Below are positions 35,958 through 50,630 of a DNA stretch of 64,000 bases, one piece after another. A program made the position numbers and the translations under genes. How positions within the stretch are numbered: position 1 is the first letter of the stretch; each line of letters begins with the position of its first letter. The stretch comes from Eledone cirrhosa (lineage: Eukaryota): NCBI GenBank assembly GCA_964016885.1, contig OZ024744.1, positions 94,488,001 through 94,552,000 of the forward strand, read 5' to 3'. The notes beneath the pieces were generated by a model. The model had not been told where the DNA came from. It was given only the letters and a program-made list of their open reading frames with translations, and searched no databases.

Positions 35958-36774
35958 TAAAATTTTTAATCATCTCAATATTCCTCTTCATTAGGTTTTG
36001 CCAATTGATCCATTTATAAACACATGTAAATTTATCAACTGATGTGTTGTAAGACTTACACTGAAAAATGCTGTTCTCTCCTGTTCTAAACAGACATAAA
36101 ATATTTCACCAAAAACATAGTCACCATTGCTGTTAGCAGCCATTGTAATTTGATAGGGGAGGGCATTTGTGGATTCTTCTGAGAAGAAAAATGAGTGGGG
36201 AAAAAAAAAATTACAAGAAATATGGTCATTTTTATTTTAATTATCAAATGTGTATGTATTAAAGTTAGCTAGGTAAAAGCCTAAGCAAAAGAATGCCAAA
36301 AAAAAAATAATAATAATTCTTTATGCTTCAGTGTTTTCATTTTTTTTTTTTTTTTTTCCTTCCAATTCAGTAATTTTACAGCTACTGAAAATTTTGACAG
36401 CCTATGTTCAAAGAATTTACCGAAATGGATGATCATTTAAATTGTAATTTATCTTTCTATTACAGATTTCATATTGATAAATTGAAGAAAATAAATATCA
36501 TTCGTGAATTAGTTTAATTTACCTGCCTTAAACTTTTACTAATTTCTGAGTAATAAATCGAAACTATAAAACTTATCTGTGCTTGTATATAAAGAATTTT
36601 AAGGGTTTTTTAAAATTATATGTCAGTTAATTAAATAAAGAGAATAAATATGTTTTTAATGGCTTCTGTTAGTTAGAATATGGAATTAAATTTAAACAGA
36701 AATTTAGTATATATTCTGGGAAAGATTTCTGTAAAGTCTATCAATTATTATTCAACACATTTCAGATTCTATCC

Positions 36775-36958
36775 GATTGGCAGTATCAGTAGAGCGTCAG
36801 ATACCATGCTTTGCAGCATAGTTATGGCCCTTTACGTTCTGAATTCAAATCCTGCCGAGGTTAACTTTGCCTTTCATCCTTATGGGGTCGATAAAATAAA
36901 GCACCAGTAATGCGTTAGGATAATTGCTGGCCTTGTGCCAAAAGTAGAAACAATTATT
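36775..36958 (+). mobile_element. SINE family 1 copy
   Basis: gattggcagtatcagtagagcg...gaaacaattatta. Confidence 0.78.
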
Positions 36959-37270
36959 AGATCCTAGTTGAATTCAATTCTTGCTTATCAAGTTGTTGAA
37001 TATTATTGATAGATTAAAATTTATTAGTCACTAATCCTGCAGGATTTTGTGAAATAAACTCTGAATATTTATTTTTATTATTCTTCAATTTTAATTTTAA
37101 TTATATAAATTTGTCTTTCATGTATTGAATTAACCATTTGTTAAAGAATATTGCCAATAATATTCGCTTATATAAATTTCTAAAGTATATATATTTCTTT
37201 CTTTTTTTTTTTTTTTTTTTTTTTTTGTATGTTGTATTTTTTCTCCAAAGGCTGCTAATAGCACGTAACA

Positions 37271-37311
<41 letters not shown>

Positions 37312-38555
37312 AAACAGTGCTGATCATGTGGTTATATGGTTTCTTTAGTTAGCCATTTTAAGTTGAACACCTTGAAGAGAAAATTATTTCAGGATGATTT
37401 AGCACAAAAATCCATGGTAGTCATAAAAGTTAAATTAAACCTGGTAGCTATTACTTAAGATTTAAGCACACACTAATTGTACATTGCACACATTTCCTGG
37501 TTGTTTACAGGTGAATCTGGTCGCTATTACAATTCTGCTTATCTACTGGTTATGTACAGGTGTTTTAAAATAAATATCCAAATGTCATAGATTCGATATT
37601 ATGTGAGGTAAAGCATTTAGTGTGAAAATATGATAGTAAATATAGAGTAATATAAATGCTAAAGGGTTAAACATGTAGCAATTGTACTCTCCTGGTCTAC
37701 AGGTCAATCTAGTAGCTATTATAATTGTACTAAGATTTAGCCCTTTAGCATTTAAAACAGCTATATCCAGCCAGAATGTTCTTACTTCTTTCTGGTCAAA
37801 CTGGCTGTAACCAACCAGCTGCTCATACTTATGTTAAGGTATTGTTCTCAAAATAAAAAAATATCAATCTCATAGAATTGTGGGGTAAGGCCTTTACAAT
37901 GAAAATATAATAGTAAATATAGAGTAATATAAAGGCTAAAGGGTTAAACAGCAATTGTACAGTATACTCATTTCCTGGTTGTGTACAGGGGAATCTGGTA
38001 GCTATTACTTAGGATTCAAACACATTATAGCTATTGTACTCATCTGGTTGTATAGAGGTGAGTGGTTAGACAGGAAATACATCCAGTTAGAAACACATGT
38101 AACAATCCTGTTTTGGCAAATATCCAGACTTAAAGAAATGATATCATTTAGTGTTGAGAAAAATGGATGTAAAATAAAATCTAAATCTAAAATACCCCAC
38201 CCCTGCCAAAAGGTTTTTTTTTTTTTTTTTTTTTTACCTCATTAACTTAATTTTTGTATGTTCAATTTGGTTTCATTTAATAATAGTTTTAGTATCATGT
38301 TATTTAATTCTTTTCACCTATTTACTATAACTGAACATAGCACTTTCATAACAATTCCTTTTGAACTGGGTAAACACATTTTTCTCTTCCAAAACTACAA
38401 AAATATATCAGTATTTTACTTTGATATGAAGGCATTTGGATAAAATATTTGTAAATAAACAAATTTTTCTGGCCTTATTAGATTGTATTTTGTTCGCTTT
38501 ATTATTTATTTTTTGTTATACATGCAGTTGAGTAATATATATATATATATATATT

Positions 38556-38843
38556 AAAATATTATATAAAATTATTAATCATATTGTCTGACAAAAGTAT
38601 AGGTTAACCAAAGTGGTAAAGATAGTTACTGTTAGAACCTAAAGCCAGCTCTACTAATATAACATTTTAAGAATTTTCATTAGTAGTAGTAACACAATAA
38701 TTACCCTTAAATTATTGTTACTGTGCCTAATGTAAATTTTATATTAGTAGAGCTGACTTTAGGTTCTAACAGTGACTATTGTAGCACTTTGGTTAACCTA
38801 TTCTTTTGTCAATGATTAATAATTTTATGTATTTAATATTTTA
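38556..38843. repeat. Imperfect ~290-bp palindrome
   Basis: tgacaaaagtataggttaaccaaagtg...gttagaacctaaagccagctctactaatataa mirrors ttatattagtagagctgactttaggttctaac...cactttggttaacctattcttttgtca. Confidence 0.85.
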
Positions 38844-39113
38844 TGTACTTCTGCGCCTAACATAAAATTTTAGAGTTGGTTTTTTTTTTTTTTTTTTGGT
38901 TTTTTTTTGGATTTTTTTTTTTTTTCCCCTAGCATTCCTGTTGGTCTGCCTGTATCTTCGTATTACGTCCCTCATCATGTGCGTTCAGATCCTCTTTTGG
39001 TAACTGGTTGTCTATAATGCGTTTAGAAAGTAGGAAGATGAAAAATCTACCGATGATGGAGTGGTTCCATCTATTTACTATTTCTCTTTCACTAATGAAA
39101 CGGTTTAGAAATA

Positions 39114-39154
<41 letters not shown>

Positions 39155-40199
39155 ATCCGTTACCATCTTTAAGTTTTTGAGATTTGGTATCCAATTTTTC
39201 ATTGGCAATGCATCTATGTATGCAGATGGTAAGAATTGATCTTCTAACAACTTTACTCTCGCGTGGAGAAGGTTCAGGGTTGCGCTGGGGCCTAAGGGGG
39301 GGGGGGGGGGGGCTTATGATATATTAAATGTCAAATGATACATATATATAAATGTAGTAAAATATGTTGAAAGAGATAGAAGGCTAAACAATGCAAAATG
39401 GACTGTAAGATGAGGTAATGATGATTTTTGTTTTATTGTTCTTTTATCTGTCTAATATTTTGGGACCTAAAAGTCCCGACATCAAGGTTTAAGGAACCTT
39501 CAGTGAATAACATTCCAATTTCTTCTCTTTGGGATAAAATTTTCTAAGTCATTTTCAAGTGATTTTTGATGGTTACTTCACTTTCCATGTTAATGACATC
39601 AATTGCCAATATATTTCATGAAATCGATTTTCTTTTTTGTACGAGATGTTTAGTTTGTGTGTCTTATGTCAAGTATTGTGTGCCGAGTTCTAATCTATTA
39701 TTTATTTATACATAGTATATATATTATTTGTCATAAATTAACGATTTTATTTATTGTATATTATTTACAATTTGCTTATAGGCAGGTCTCTCTGGAAATA
39801 GCAGAATGTATCGCATGGCCCAAAAAGTTTCAAAACCTCTGTTCTAGATGGAAGCTTTTAATATTTGTTACTGGTTCTCTATTGAACGTTCAACATGCCA
39901 TTTCTTTGTTGTATATTCCTTCACTTCTCTCTAAAATCTTGACAGCCAATTTTTTTTTCAGGTGCACAGCTTGTAGGGTACCTCTTTGCTTGTACCTATA
40001 CTTCAATCCATGCAATACATCAGTTTAGAGTCGACCAATTTTTATATTTTATTTTTACCAGCAATAATGTTGAATATATTTAATACTTTAGCATTTAAAC
40101 TGGCCGTATCCACCCAGAATTCTCTCGCCTCTTTCTGTTGAAACCAGCTGTAACTGGCCACTCATACTGATGTTAACCCTTTAGCATTTACATTACTTA

Positions 40200-40830
40200 C
40201 GTAGATTAGAAAGAAACGAAGTCTGCATGCTCCGATGGATGTGTAATAGTAATATACATGAACGACAAAGCATAAATAAATTGAGAGAGAGACCGAGTAT
40301 AAGAGGAATCAAATGCTGTCTGCAGAAGAGGCGGTTGCGTTGGTATGGACATGTGATGTGTATGAAGGATGACAGCTGCATAAAAAGGCGCAGAGCACTA
40401 GAAGTCAATGGAAACTGTGGAGTGAGGAGACCCAAGAAGACCTGGGATGAGGTGATAAAAGCCGACCTTACCCAATTACACCTCTCAAAGGCGATGACAC
40501 GACCGTGACCTCTGGTGTCGGGCAGTAATACAGAGTACCCGACCTCCCATGGGTACAAGCTGAAGCATATAGACAATATGCCCCCCCCCCACACACACAC
40601 ACACACACACAGTAAAGTGGACGTGTAGGTGCCATGGAAAAAAGCACCCAGCACTCACTGTAAATAAGGTTGGTGTTAGGAAGGGCTTCCAGCTGTAGAA
40701 ATCGAGCCAAAATCAGTTCCTGTATGAGCAAGGCATGGTCAGCCGACCAGACACTGCCCACAACAGGACAACCCGTCTAAGCCGTGCTAGCATGGAAGAA
40801 TGAACGTAAAATGGTGATGATGATGATGAT
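40200..40830 (+). mobile_element. RTE LINE 3' end inserted in a MITE-A copy
   Basis: MLRWMCNSNIHERQS...RLRWYGHVMCMKDDSC...RRPKKTWDEVIKADL, 3' UTR, (tga)n tail. MITE-A sequence resumes after the tail. Confidence 0.85.
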
Positions 40831-42051
40831 TACTCTATATTTTCACAGTAAACACTTTATTTCACATATTGAATCTATGAAATTTTATTATTTATTTGGC
40901 GAACAATACATTAGCATCAGTATGAACAGTAAGAGGTGAGAGAATTCTGGCCAGAGATGGCTAGTTTAAATGCTAAAAGGTTAAGGTATTGTTCTCGAAA
41001 TGAATATCAAAATTTCATAGATTCCATATTGTGAACATTTACTGTGGTAGTATATAGAGTAATGTAAATGATAAAGGGTTGACCTTTGGAATCCAGAATT
41101 GGTGTCATATATACCAGGATTACTGGATATATGAATAATCTTACAAACTGGGAAATTTGTGATTTGATAAATTTATGGTTTACATAAAGGTCACCTTATA
41201 GTTGTTGTTTAGTAACATGTGAAAGTGATTAAAGATAAAAAATATATATATATATATAAATGTTCAGCATGTATGTACAAATGACATACAGGATTAAATG
41301 TCTGAATAACTATTTTCAGGGACAAGTGTAGGGCTTAGAACCCAGGACCTTGTGATTGGAAAGCAAACTTATGGTAACAAGACTAAGACAGGAAATGCAG
41401 TGTGTGTGTGTACACACTGGTATAATATGGTTCATTGATCACATCTGTGTGTGTGTACATAAACACTGGTGTTGTGTGTAAACATACTGGTGTAATTCAC
41501 GTGTGTGTGTACACAAACATTTACAGTTATTACACCAGCATGTTTGTGTACACACCCCACTGTTGTGATGAAATAACCATGTTACGCTAGTGTAATTAAA
41601 CACCATTTGATCTGAGAAATATATGGGTTATGAACTCTTACTAGAACAAAAGCTAAAGATAAATCAGTAAAGTTTTTCAGTATATGTTGGTGATTGTCTG
41701 GTGTTTACTTTGTGCATTGTACATTTTTTTTTTTTTTAGTATATACATAAAAATAAAAAGTAGGTAGTCTGTGTGGTATACGTAAAATGCTGGCAGGCCT
41801 TAGAATGTTATGTTGCATTTTGTATAAAATGTCATGAGCTGTTACAATGTGTATAATATATCGCTAACAAGCGAGAAACGACTGTCAATTGCTCCCCTTT
41901 GTTTTTACCGAGAATAAGTGACATAGTCACTATTTATAAATTTATAGTGAATGGTCTTAAAAAGGTTTTTAATTAAACATACAGTATATTATTAAATATA
42001 CTATACATACATTCATATATATATATATACATACATCATCGTATTTACATT

Positions 42052-42083
<32 letters not shown>

Positions 42084-44139
42084 CCTCCACGCTTGCATGG
42101 TTTGGACGAGTCCTTATCAGCATCTCCCTTGCCGTGTTTCTTCGTAATTTTCTCTGAATTTCAGCGATTGATTTTTTTTTTTTTTAAAGGTCATTTCTCA
42201 CCGCTTCTACCCAAATCTTTCTCAGTATACCTCCACTGGCGGCGGCTTCCTTTCACTGTCATTTCCTGGCACCTCTTCACCCATCGATCATCATCCATGC
42301 ACATCATGTGTTTGTACAAATGCAGTATTATCTTTTTAACATCTTGTAACGATCTAACAAAATATCTAAAAGCAAATGTTTTTAGTATCTTTAGTAGTGG
42401 ACATTGTGGTGAATGTTTACAGTATTCTCTCTTAACACCCTGTAATGTTTTAGAAGAAAATATCTAAAAATAGGGTTTGTTAATTCAAATGTTTATAGTA
42501 TCTACTGGAGGATAGATTGTTGAGAAAATTGCAGTATTGACTCTTAACCTATAATGATTTCATAGAAAATATCTAAAATCAGGTTTGTTAATTCAAATAT
42601 TTATAGTATCTTTACTGGTGGACAGATTGTGAAAATTTGCAGTATTAGAGTAAAGATTTTAATTCAATTTTTAATATCATACAGTTATAGTGGTGTTTTG
42701 TACTTTTGCTAATGTGGCTTCATGTGGTACAGGACATTAACAAGAAAGTTTGGCATTCCTCTTCAGGCTGCTGCTTGACACAAAATAACCTGATATATGA
42801 GTTTGATTCCTAGCAGTGCGTTGTCCTTGAGCATGACACTTTATTTCACATTGAGTCAATACTCCAGTCCACTCAGCAAAATGAGTTGTACTTGTAATTC
42901 GAAGGCTAGCCTTGTCGCATTGAATCTCCCTGAGAACTACGTTAAGGGTGCATGTATCTGTGGAATGCTCAGCCACTTGCACGTTAATTTCACAAACAGG
43001 CTGTTCCATTGATAGTATCAACTAGAACACTCACCGTAACCGATGGAATGATGGCGATGACTTCACTACAAAGATAACTAAAGGTCTCCCTTACGCCTTC
43101 TCTCTCTCTGTATGCATACCAGTGACCGATCCAAGATTGGCAGATCTGGCCGCAGGGAAATGTCTTATGCTTGGCTCAGCCCTGACACAGCCTTAGACAG
43201 TTGGCAAAGAAAGTCTACTCGATAGCTTGGCATTAAGTTGCTCACCATTGTATTCTGGCTCACAGACATGTTATTGCTCCTTTATATTTAGGAACAGTTT
43301 TGGCCAGTAGTATTTTCCGAAATTAAATAAAATGAGCTGAAGTGAACCAATGCTGTATAAAATTTCAGTTACCTGAAAAATATCCAAACTCGTCATTGAC
43401 TTTCTTGAGTTATTTCCCTTAGCTTGTTTTATTTAGGCAAATTGCTACGAGACATGTTTAATAACTCTTTTATCTATAATCTGGTCTACAGTTATATACT
43501 CTCGGGTCGCAAATAATAATGGGTAAGGTGGGATTAGCCGTTGGGGAGTGGTGTTGGAAAATAAGTAATTTTTCTAGGTTGTCTGTCGTTGATTTTTTTT
43601 TTTTTTTTTTTTTTTCCAACTAGAATTCGTCATTTAGTTTACATATTGAGACCCCAACCCATCCTATTTATTTTATAACATGGGATTTCTAATAATGTAC
43701 TTTTATTTTTGTTGTGTATAATGTTTTTTAATGTATAAAGAAAATTAATTGTTGCAGGAATGCTACTACTTAAAATAAAATTTCACTTTAATAAGTGTGT
43801 GGGGGAGGAATCTGAAAAATGAATACGCGAATTGGGGGGGGGGGGGGGGGGGTATTATTCGAGACCCAAGAGTATATATATATATATATGATATATATCA
43901 TCATCATCACCACCGTTTAATATTCATTTTCCACACTTGCATGGGTTAGAAGGGGTTGTCATGCTATGAGACTAGTCAGGTCAGGTGACCACATCTTTTT
44001 CATATGGATGTGTGGACTGGGTGCTTTTTATCATGGCACCAAAATGATCATCTAACGGAGTGGATTGTGTGGGGTTTTTTTTTTTGCCATGCCCCCCCCC
44101 CCCCCCCCCCCTTTTATATTTACACATACACACACATAT

Positions 44140-44650
44140 ATATATGAGCACAGGCTGAAGCATAAATATAGTATACACCACCTTCACATCCACCCTCATG
44201 AGCACAGGCTGAGGCATACATCTAGTATGCTCCACCCCCTTCCATTACCTAGTACGTCCTAACACTCCACCCCTCACACACACCCAAATAGACACCTCAA
44301 TCCACCACGTACCTCTTCCACCAAAGTTCCCATCCCACACTGTAAAGTGGTCATGATGGCAACACAACAAAAAGCGCCCACCCCACACTGTAAAGTTGTC
44401 GTGTAGGTGTCATGACAAAAAGCACCCAGCCCACACTGTAAAATGGTCGTCAAGGTGTCACAACAAAAAGCACTCAGTACTCACTGTAAATGAGGTTAGT
44501 GTTAGGAAGGGCATCCAGATGTAGAAACCAAGCCAAAATCAGTTCTGTATAAGCAAGACATGATCACCTGATCTAGCATTGGCCACAACAGGACAACTTG
44601 TCTAACCCATGCAAGCGTGGAAAAATGAATATTAAATGGTGATGATGATA
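44140..44650 (+). mobile_element. RTE 3' UTR fragment with 3-4 native 48-bp units
   Basis: cccacactgtaaagtggtc...aaaaagcacccag repeated, then ttaggaagggcatccag...(tga)n. Confidence 0.7.
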
Positions 44651-44907
44651 TATATACATCTTTGACATCATCATCATTTAACGTCTATCATCATCTTCAT
44701 CATCATTTAATGTCTATCTTCCAGCTAGCATGGGTTAGATGCTAATTTTAGGTTTAATCAATATATATAAAATATATGATTCAAATTAAAAGATCTATAT
44801 GTGTATATAGAGAGAGACTAAGTGCTATATATCATTTGAGAAACATAGTATTTTGTACATATATATATATAACACATAATATTCAGGAAAAAGTGGATAC
44901 TTTAACT

Positions 44908-45073
44908 GAGGCATGTCAAACTGAAGGTCCCCTATGGGTCACGTGTTGTCTGAGGGCCACACACGACAATTAATTGTGCACATTACAACTAATTGTTTTA
45001 TTTATGAAGATAAAACATACTTGCGCTGTAAAAACCTTTGCGCAGGACCCGGGCTGCATGTTTGATATGTCTG
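44908..45073. mobile_element. hAT-type MITE
   Basis: Ends gaggcatgtcaaac / gtttgatatgtctg; 8-bp flanks ctttaact and ctttaacc. Confidence 0.55.
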
Positions 45074-46259
45074 CTTTAACCCTTTAGTATTTAAACCATC
45101 TTTATCCAGCCAGAATTCTCTCACCTCTTTCTTTTCAAACTGGCCACTCATACTTATGTTAAGTTATTGTTCTCAAAATAAATAATATTAAAATCTCATA
45201 GATTCGATTTTCTATGAAAATATAATAGTAAATATAGAGTAATGTAAATGCTAAAGGGTTAAGGTGGTAAAGCCATTATTTTCGATATATAGCTCTCACT
45301 GTCTCTCTACATATATCTTTTAATTTCAATTGATGCTCTAGGCCAAGGTCCATTGAGCTTTTTTTTATTGAGAAACATAATCATCATCGTTCAATGTCCA
45401 TCTTCCATGCTAGCATGAGTTAGACGGTTTTGTCCCATTTGATGCGGTAATAGTCGGGAGGCTGTGTCTCGCTCGCAGGGAAGCGTCTCTGGCAGGTTTT
45501 CTACGGCTGGATGCCCTTCCTAACACCAACCACATTTACAGTGTGGACTGGGAGCCTTTTTACCGTGTCTCCTACACGACCAGAGATATTATATTTATAT
45601 ATGCTATGTTAAGCTCCCTGAAACTTCAGTTTGGAACGTTAACCCTTTAGCATTTATATTGCTCAAGTTTTGGTGAATAATGCACAGGAAAAAGTGGTAA
45701 AATCTGTCATGGGATGTTCAAGCTAGAGAATAGTAGCTATTGTAGAGTTGTGTGTATAATGTGTTATTTTCCAATAAAAAGATTATTCTCACAGTAAACA
45801 CTTTAATTTACATAAATATCTCACATAACATTGAATCTATGAGATTTTGATATTATTTATTTTGAGAACAATACCTTAACATCAGTATGAGCAACTGGTT
45901 ATGGCCAGGTTGAATAGAAGGAGGTGAGAGAATTCTGGCCAGTTTAAATGCCAAAGGGTTAATCATATAAGTTCAAGTTCATTGTTTGCATCTCCATGAA
46001 AATGTCTGTGATGTCCTTTTAAAAAAATATTTTGAAATAGTATAAAAAACAAAAAACAAAACCAACAAAAAGGGCTCAACAATGTTCTCACAAAAGATGT
46101 GAGTTGTAGAGAGGTTATAGGATTCTCAACATGGACCTGAGAAATTTGTTAACCCTTTAGCATTTAAACCAGCCATATCTGGCCAAAATTCTTTCACATC
46201 TTTCTGTTGTAACTGGCTGCTCACTATGATGTTAAAGTATTGTTCTCAAAATAAATAAT

Positions 46260-46476
46260 GGTTTCTTATATAGGCACAAAGCCAGCAATTTTGGGAGAGG
46301 GGGAAAGTCGATTAAATTGATCCCAGTGCGTGACTGGTACTTTATTTTATCGACCCCCGTAAGGATGAAAGGCAAAGTTAACCTCGGCGGGATTTGAATT
46401 CAAATCATGAAGGGCCGTAACTCTATGCTGCAAAGCATGGTATCCAACCATCTACTGATACTGCCAATCCACCGCC
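46260..46476 (-). mobile_element. SINE family 1 copy nested in MITE-A
   Basis: Reverse complement of the consensus interrupting ...aaataaataat|aataatatcgaa. Confidence 0.75.
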
Positions 46477-47039
46477 CTCGAAATAATAATATCGAAATTT
46501 CATAGATTCGATATTATGTGAGGTAAAGCCTTTACAGTGAAAGTATGATAATAAATATAGAGTAAAGGTTAAATGGGCCTGGAGTTCACCTAAGGAAAAT
46601 ACCATGTTCTTGTCTGTATTGAACACATTGGTGTATAACATGCACCCCTTTTTTGACCAGAAAAATGTCTGGCACAGGAGAAACCGGGAAAGTCTGCCAC
46701 TGGATGTTTAAGCTAGAGAATAGTGGCTATTATAAAGATGTATGTATAATTTTCCAATAAAAAGATTATTAGTCAGTTACTTAAATTTTTGACAGCTGTG
46801 ACATGGGAACCTAACAGATTAGTGATTCATGTTCTGAGGACATGAGTTTGGCATTCTCACAAAAATTCAACACTCCACTACACACCCAGATACACAAGTA
46901 ATGGTGGAATATTTATCAATTCAGGACATAAAAACACAGAATAAACACACATGACTTTGCAGAAACTGGAATTAAATTGAAATATATGAAACAATACATA
47001 TATAGTATCAGTAAAACTTTATTCAAACATTTTATTACA

Positions 47040-47633
47040 TAGAATTTGCATCACCAGTCTGGAACCCCTATCTTGCTCAGAACATTGACAGAAGCGAATA
47101 CCCTCCATCAGACATCTACCATACTCTGAACACCTTGCTTCCCTGGGCATGGATACATTGAAGCTCCGACATCTGGCAACTGACTTGGTAAACACCCACA
47201 AAATTATTAACCATCTTGCCAACAACAACCCTGAGTACCTTTTTGATTTCTAACAAAGTCAGAAAACAGCACAGCTCCCATGACTTTCGGAAACATTTTT
47301 TCACACTCAGAGTTGCTGAAGCATGGAAGAAACTCCCTACATCAGTTGTTAGCTGTCGAAACACTGCATCCTTTAAAATCTCCATGGAACAAACTACCTG
47401 CATCAGTTGTTAGCTGTCAAGACACTGCATCCTTTAAAACCTCCATGCTTCCTGAGATTCGCCAACACTACACCTAATATTCCTCCTCCATACACACGCA
47501 CACGTTTATCATGACCCATACACTATTCACTTTCATGACATCTGTACATTAGTCTATTTACTATACATGCACCTTTGATGAGTTGTAGTGCACCTGAGCA
47601 CTGTACACAATAATTTCATTATTATTATTATAA
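47040..47633 (+). mobile_element. CR1/L2-group LINE 3' end with (ATT)n tail
   Basis: LPYSEHLASLGMDTLKLRHLATDL...RKHFFTLRVAEAWKKLPTSVV; ~60-bp internal tandem duplication; tail cattattattattaa. Confidence 0.75.
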
Positions 47634-48542
47634 TATTGTATAAGAAAAGGTACAATTGAAGTCAAAAGGTAGTCAGTGTTGGTTGATTCTCGATACAGTT
47701 TCTTGTCTTTTGCTGGCTGTTTTCTTCTTGGGAATTGGTCTGAAAAATAAGCTGGAAACATTTAGTTATGGTGTATACCATGCACCCCCAAAACAAACAA
47801 GGAAAAAAAAAAAAAACACAGCATAGTATACACACAAAAGAATACAGTAAATGAAGTTGAACCAAAGCTTGGAAGTAGATAGACACCAAGAGCCAGGGGT
47901 GGATTTAAAAGGGTGTGGGGGGGGGGGGGGGCACCAGTGATGGGCATAACAATTTATTTGTGGCCTTCAGCTGGGCTTTTTAGTTTTAGGATCGTTAGAA
48001 TTTAATTTAATACCTCTATGTATGACTTTGATATGTAAAATTGGAGAGTTTGCTGTGTATTCTAATTTTTTATGTATGACCCCGCGCCCTCTGAAAAAAA
48101 AACACCTGAAGTGCCCATCCCCCAAGCTCTAAATCCAATCCTGTCAGGAGCGAGCAATTAGTCAGGATTTATATTTTCCATTCCATTTTGCAATTGTAAA
48201 TAAAATGTATTTCCTGTTACTTGGGATTTCTATTTGTGTTTATGTGAGCCTGACATTTTTTTGACACCAAAATGGGCTTGAAGGAAGAAAAGGTTGAGAA
48301 ACACTGATTTAATGCACCCTGAATACCCTTGATACCTTGACACCCTGAGCATGCATGACAGCCTGACACCCTGAATATCTTGAAATATGTCAAAACAAAG
48401 TAGGCATTGCACCCAGTTTGTCCTGTCATTTCTGACACCTTACGTGAAAATCTCCATATATGCATACATTTGTATGTATGTAGGTGTGTGTGGGTATATA
48501 TGTGCGTGTGTGTGTATGTATATATGTGTGTGTAATCATATA

Positions 48543-48684
48543 CAGGTAAAATTCCGTTATAACAAATTTTTCAGTATAACGTAATTTTTTTCAATCCCCG
48601 GCCACACATCTCGTTATAAAGAATTTTTTGTTACAACAAATTTTTTTTCTACCCCATGAATTTCGTTATAATGGAATTTCACTG
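48543..48684. mobile_element. Tigger/pogo-like MITE
   Basis: ta|caggtaaaattccgttataac ... gttataatggaatttcactg|ta. Confidence 0.6.
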
Positions 48685-49790
48685 TATATATGTGCATGTA
48701 CATAAATAATTAAGTATATAGACTGTAAAGTGATCGTGTAGGTGTCACGACAAAAAGTATCCAGCACACACTGTCAATGTGGTTGGCGTTAGGAAGGGCA
48801 TCCAGCCATAGAAAACCAGCCAGAAACTCTCCTATATGAGCGAGACATGGTCATCCGACACAACTTGGCTCTAAATGGGACAAACCCGTCTAACCCATGC
48901 TAGCGTGAAAGATAGACATTAATTGACGGTGATGATGATGATATATATTTATATATATATGTGTGTGTGTATATAATATATACGTATAGCAAATACACTC
49001 ACTTGACATTGGTTGGCCAGAGGCTATAACAAAAGACACTTGCTCCTGAGAGGTGCCAAGCAATAGGTCTGAACCCAAAACTACATGATTTAGAAGTGAA
49101 CATCTAAACCACACAACCACAAAAAAGTAGCCTAAAGTTGTGTGTTAAGTGCTTATTTTTCATTAACAATTTAGCCTTACAGTACTCTATATTTACTATT
49201 ATATTTTCTCAGTAAACACTTTATCTCACATAATATCAAATCTATGAGATTTTGATATTATTTACTTCAAGAACAATACCTTAACATAAGTATGAGCAGC
49301 ACGTTACAGCCAGTTTGAACAGAGAGAAGTGAGAGAATTCTGGCTGGATACGGCCAGTTTAAATGCTAAAGGGTTAAATCTAATGCCAGGGTTGTAGTTC
49401 AGTGTACACTGTGACAATATCTATCGTATGTAATATAACACAATTTGTTTTACTGGGCAATTTTGATATTTTAATGATTAGGTAGCCATCTTTTAGTTTT
49501 TGTTATTTACACCAGTGTGTTATCACTTTAGTATTTACATTACTCTATATTTACTATTGTATTTTCATGGTAAAGGCTTTATTTCCCCTATTATCTTACA
49601 TATTATTTTAATAGATTTTAATATTTATTTTGGGAATAATACCTTAACATCAGTATGAGTGGCCAGTTACAGACAGTTTGAACTGAAAGAAGTGAGAGAA
49701 TTCTGTCCAGATATGGCTGGTTTAAATGCTAAAGGGCTAAGAGAGGATAATAATCTAAAGTAAAAGTTTATGACTCTATCTATCTTTTAA

Positions 49791-50419
49791 CCCTTTAGTT
49801 ACCAACCCGACCCAAACCAGCTCTGGTTCTATGAAATAAAACCACCCATTTTACAGGTTTCCAATTTATATTAAAACCTTCCAACATAATTTTTTATAAG
49901 AGCCTTATATTAAGTTACTATCTTTGTTACCAACCCGAACAAAACCAGCTCTGGTTCTATGAAATAAAACCACCCATTTTAACCTGTTAACTGCCATGTA
50001 TATTTTACACAGCTACAGTTGCTCTGCCGGGTTTCTTTTTCAGTAAAATAACTATTTTTTTAAACAAACATTTATTAACAACACATATCTGAATGATTGA
50101 CAAATGTCACATCAATAAACTAGTAACCCCATCTAGCTTTGAAGTTATAAACTGTTGGAACAGAGTTCATAACTTTGAAATTATGAACTGTGGGAAAAGA
50201 ATTCAAACATGTTAGGATGAGTTATCTCATCCATGGCACTGAAGAGTTTAAAGGTTTCCAATTTAAAGTAAAATCTTCCAACATAATTTTATATCAGAAC
50301 CTTACATTAAGTTACTATCTTAGCAATGAAATAATTAATAATTTTAGTAAATCCCTAGAAATTCTTCCTCAATTAATTACAATAGCGTATGTTTCATTAG
50401 AAATGCAGTCATGAAAAGG
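49791..50419. mobile_element. MITE family B (reversed) carrying a third TTAA element (49983-50247)
   Basis: cacccatt[ttaa cctgttaactgccatg...catggcactgaagagt ttaa]aggtttcc. Confidence 0.65.
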
Positions 50420-50630
50420 TTAAGGGTATTTTGTAGCTTCATGAAAGACATTGAAGAATACCAATTTAGCGAATGGTTGGAATTGGAGTTGGAAAAACAT
50501 TTCTTTATGATGTAGAAGAGGTAAAATACAATTTTGACGAATTCAAAGCAAAGGATTTCCATTGTAGATTTAGCTTGGGATAAGGGATAATATTATGTCT
50601 TAACTGAAGAAGAAATGGTATTATTACGAT

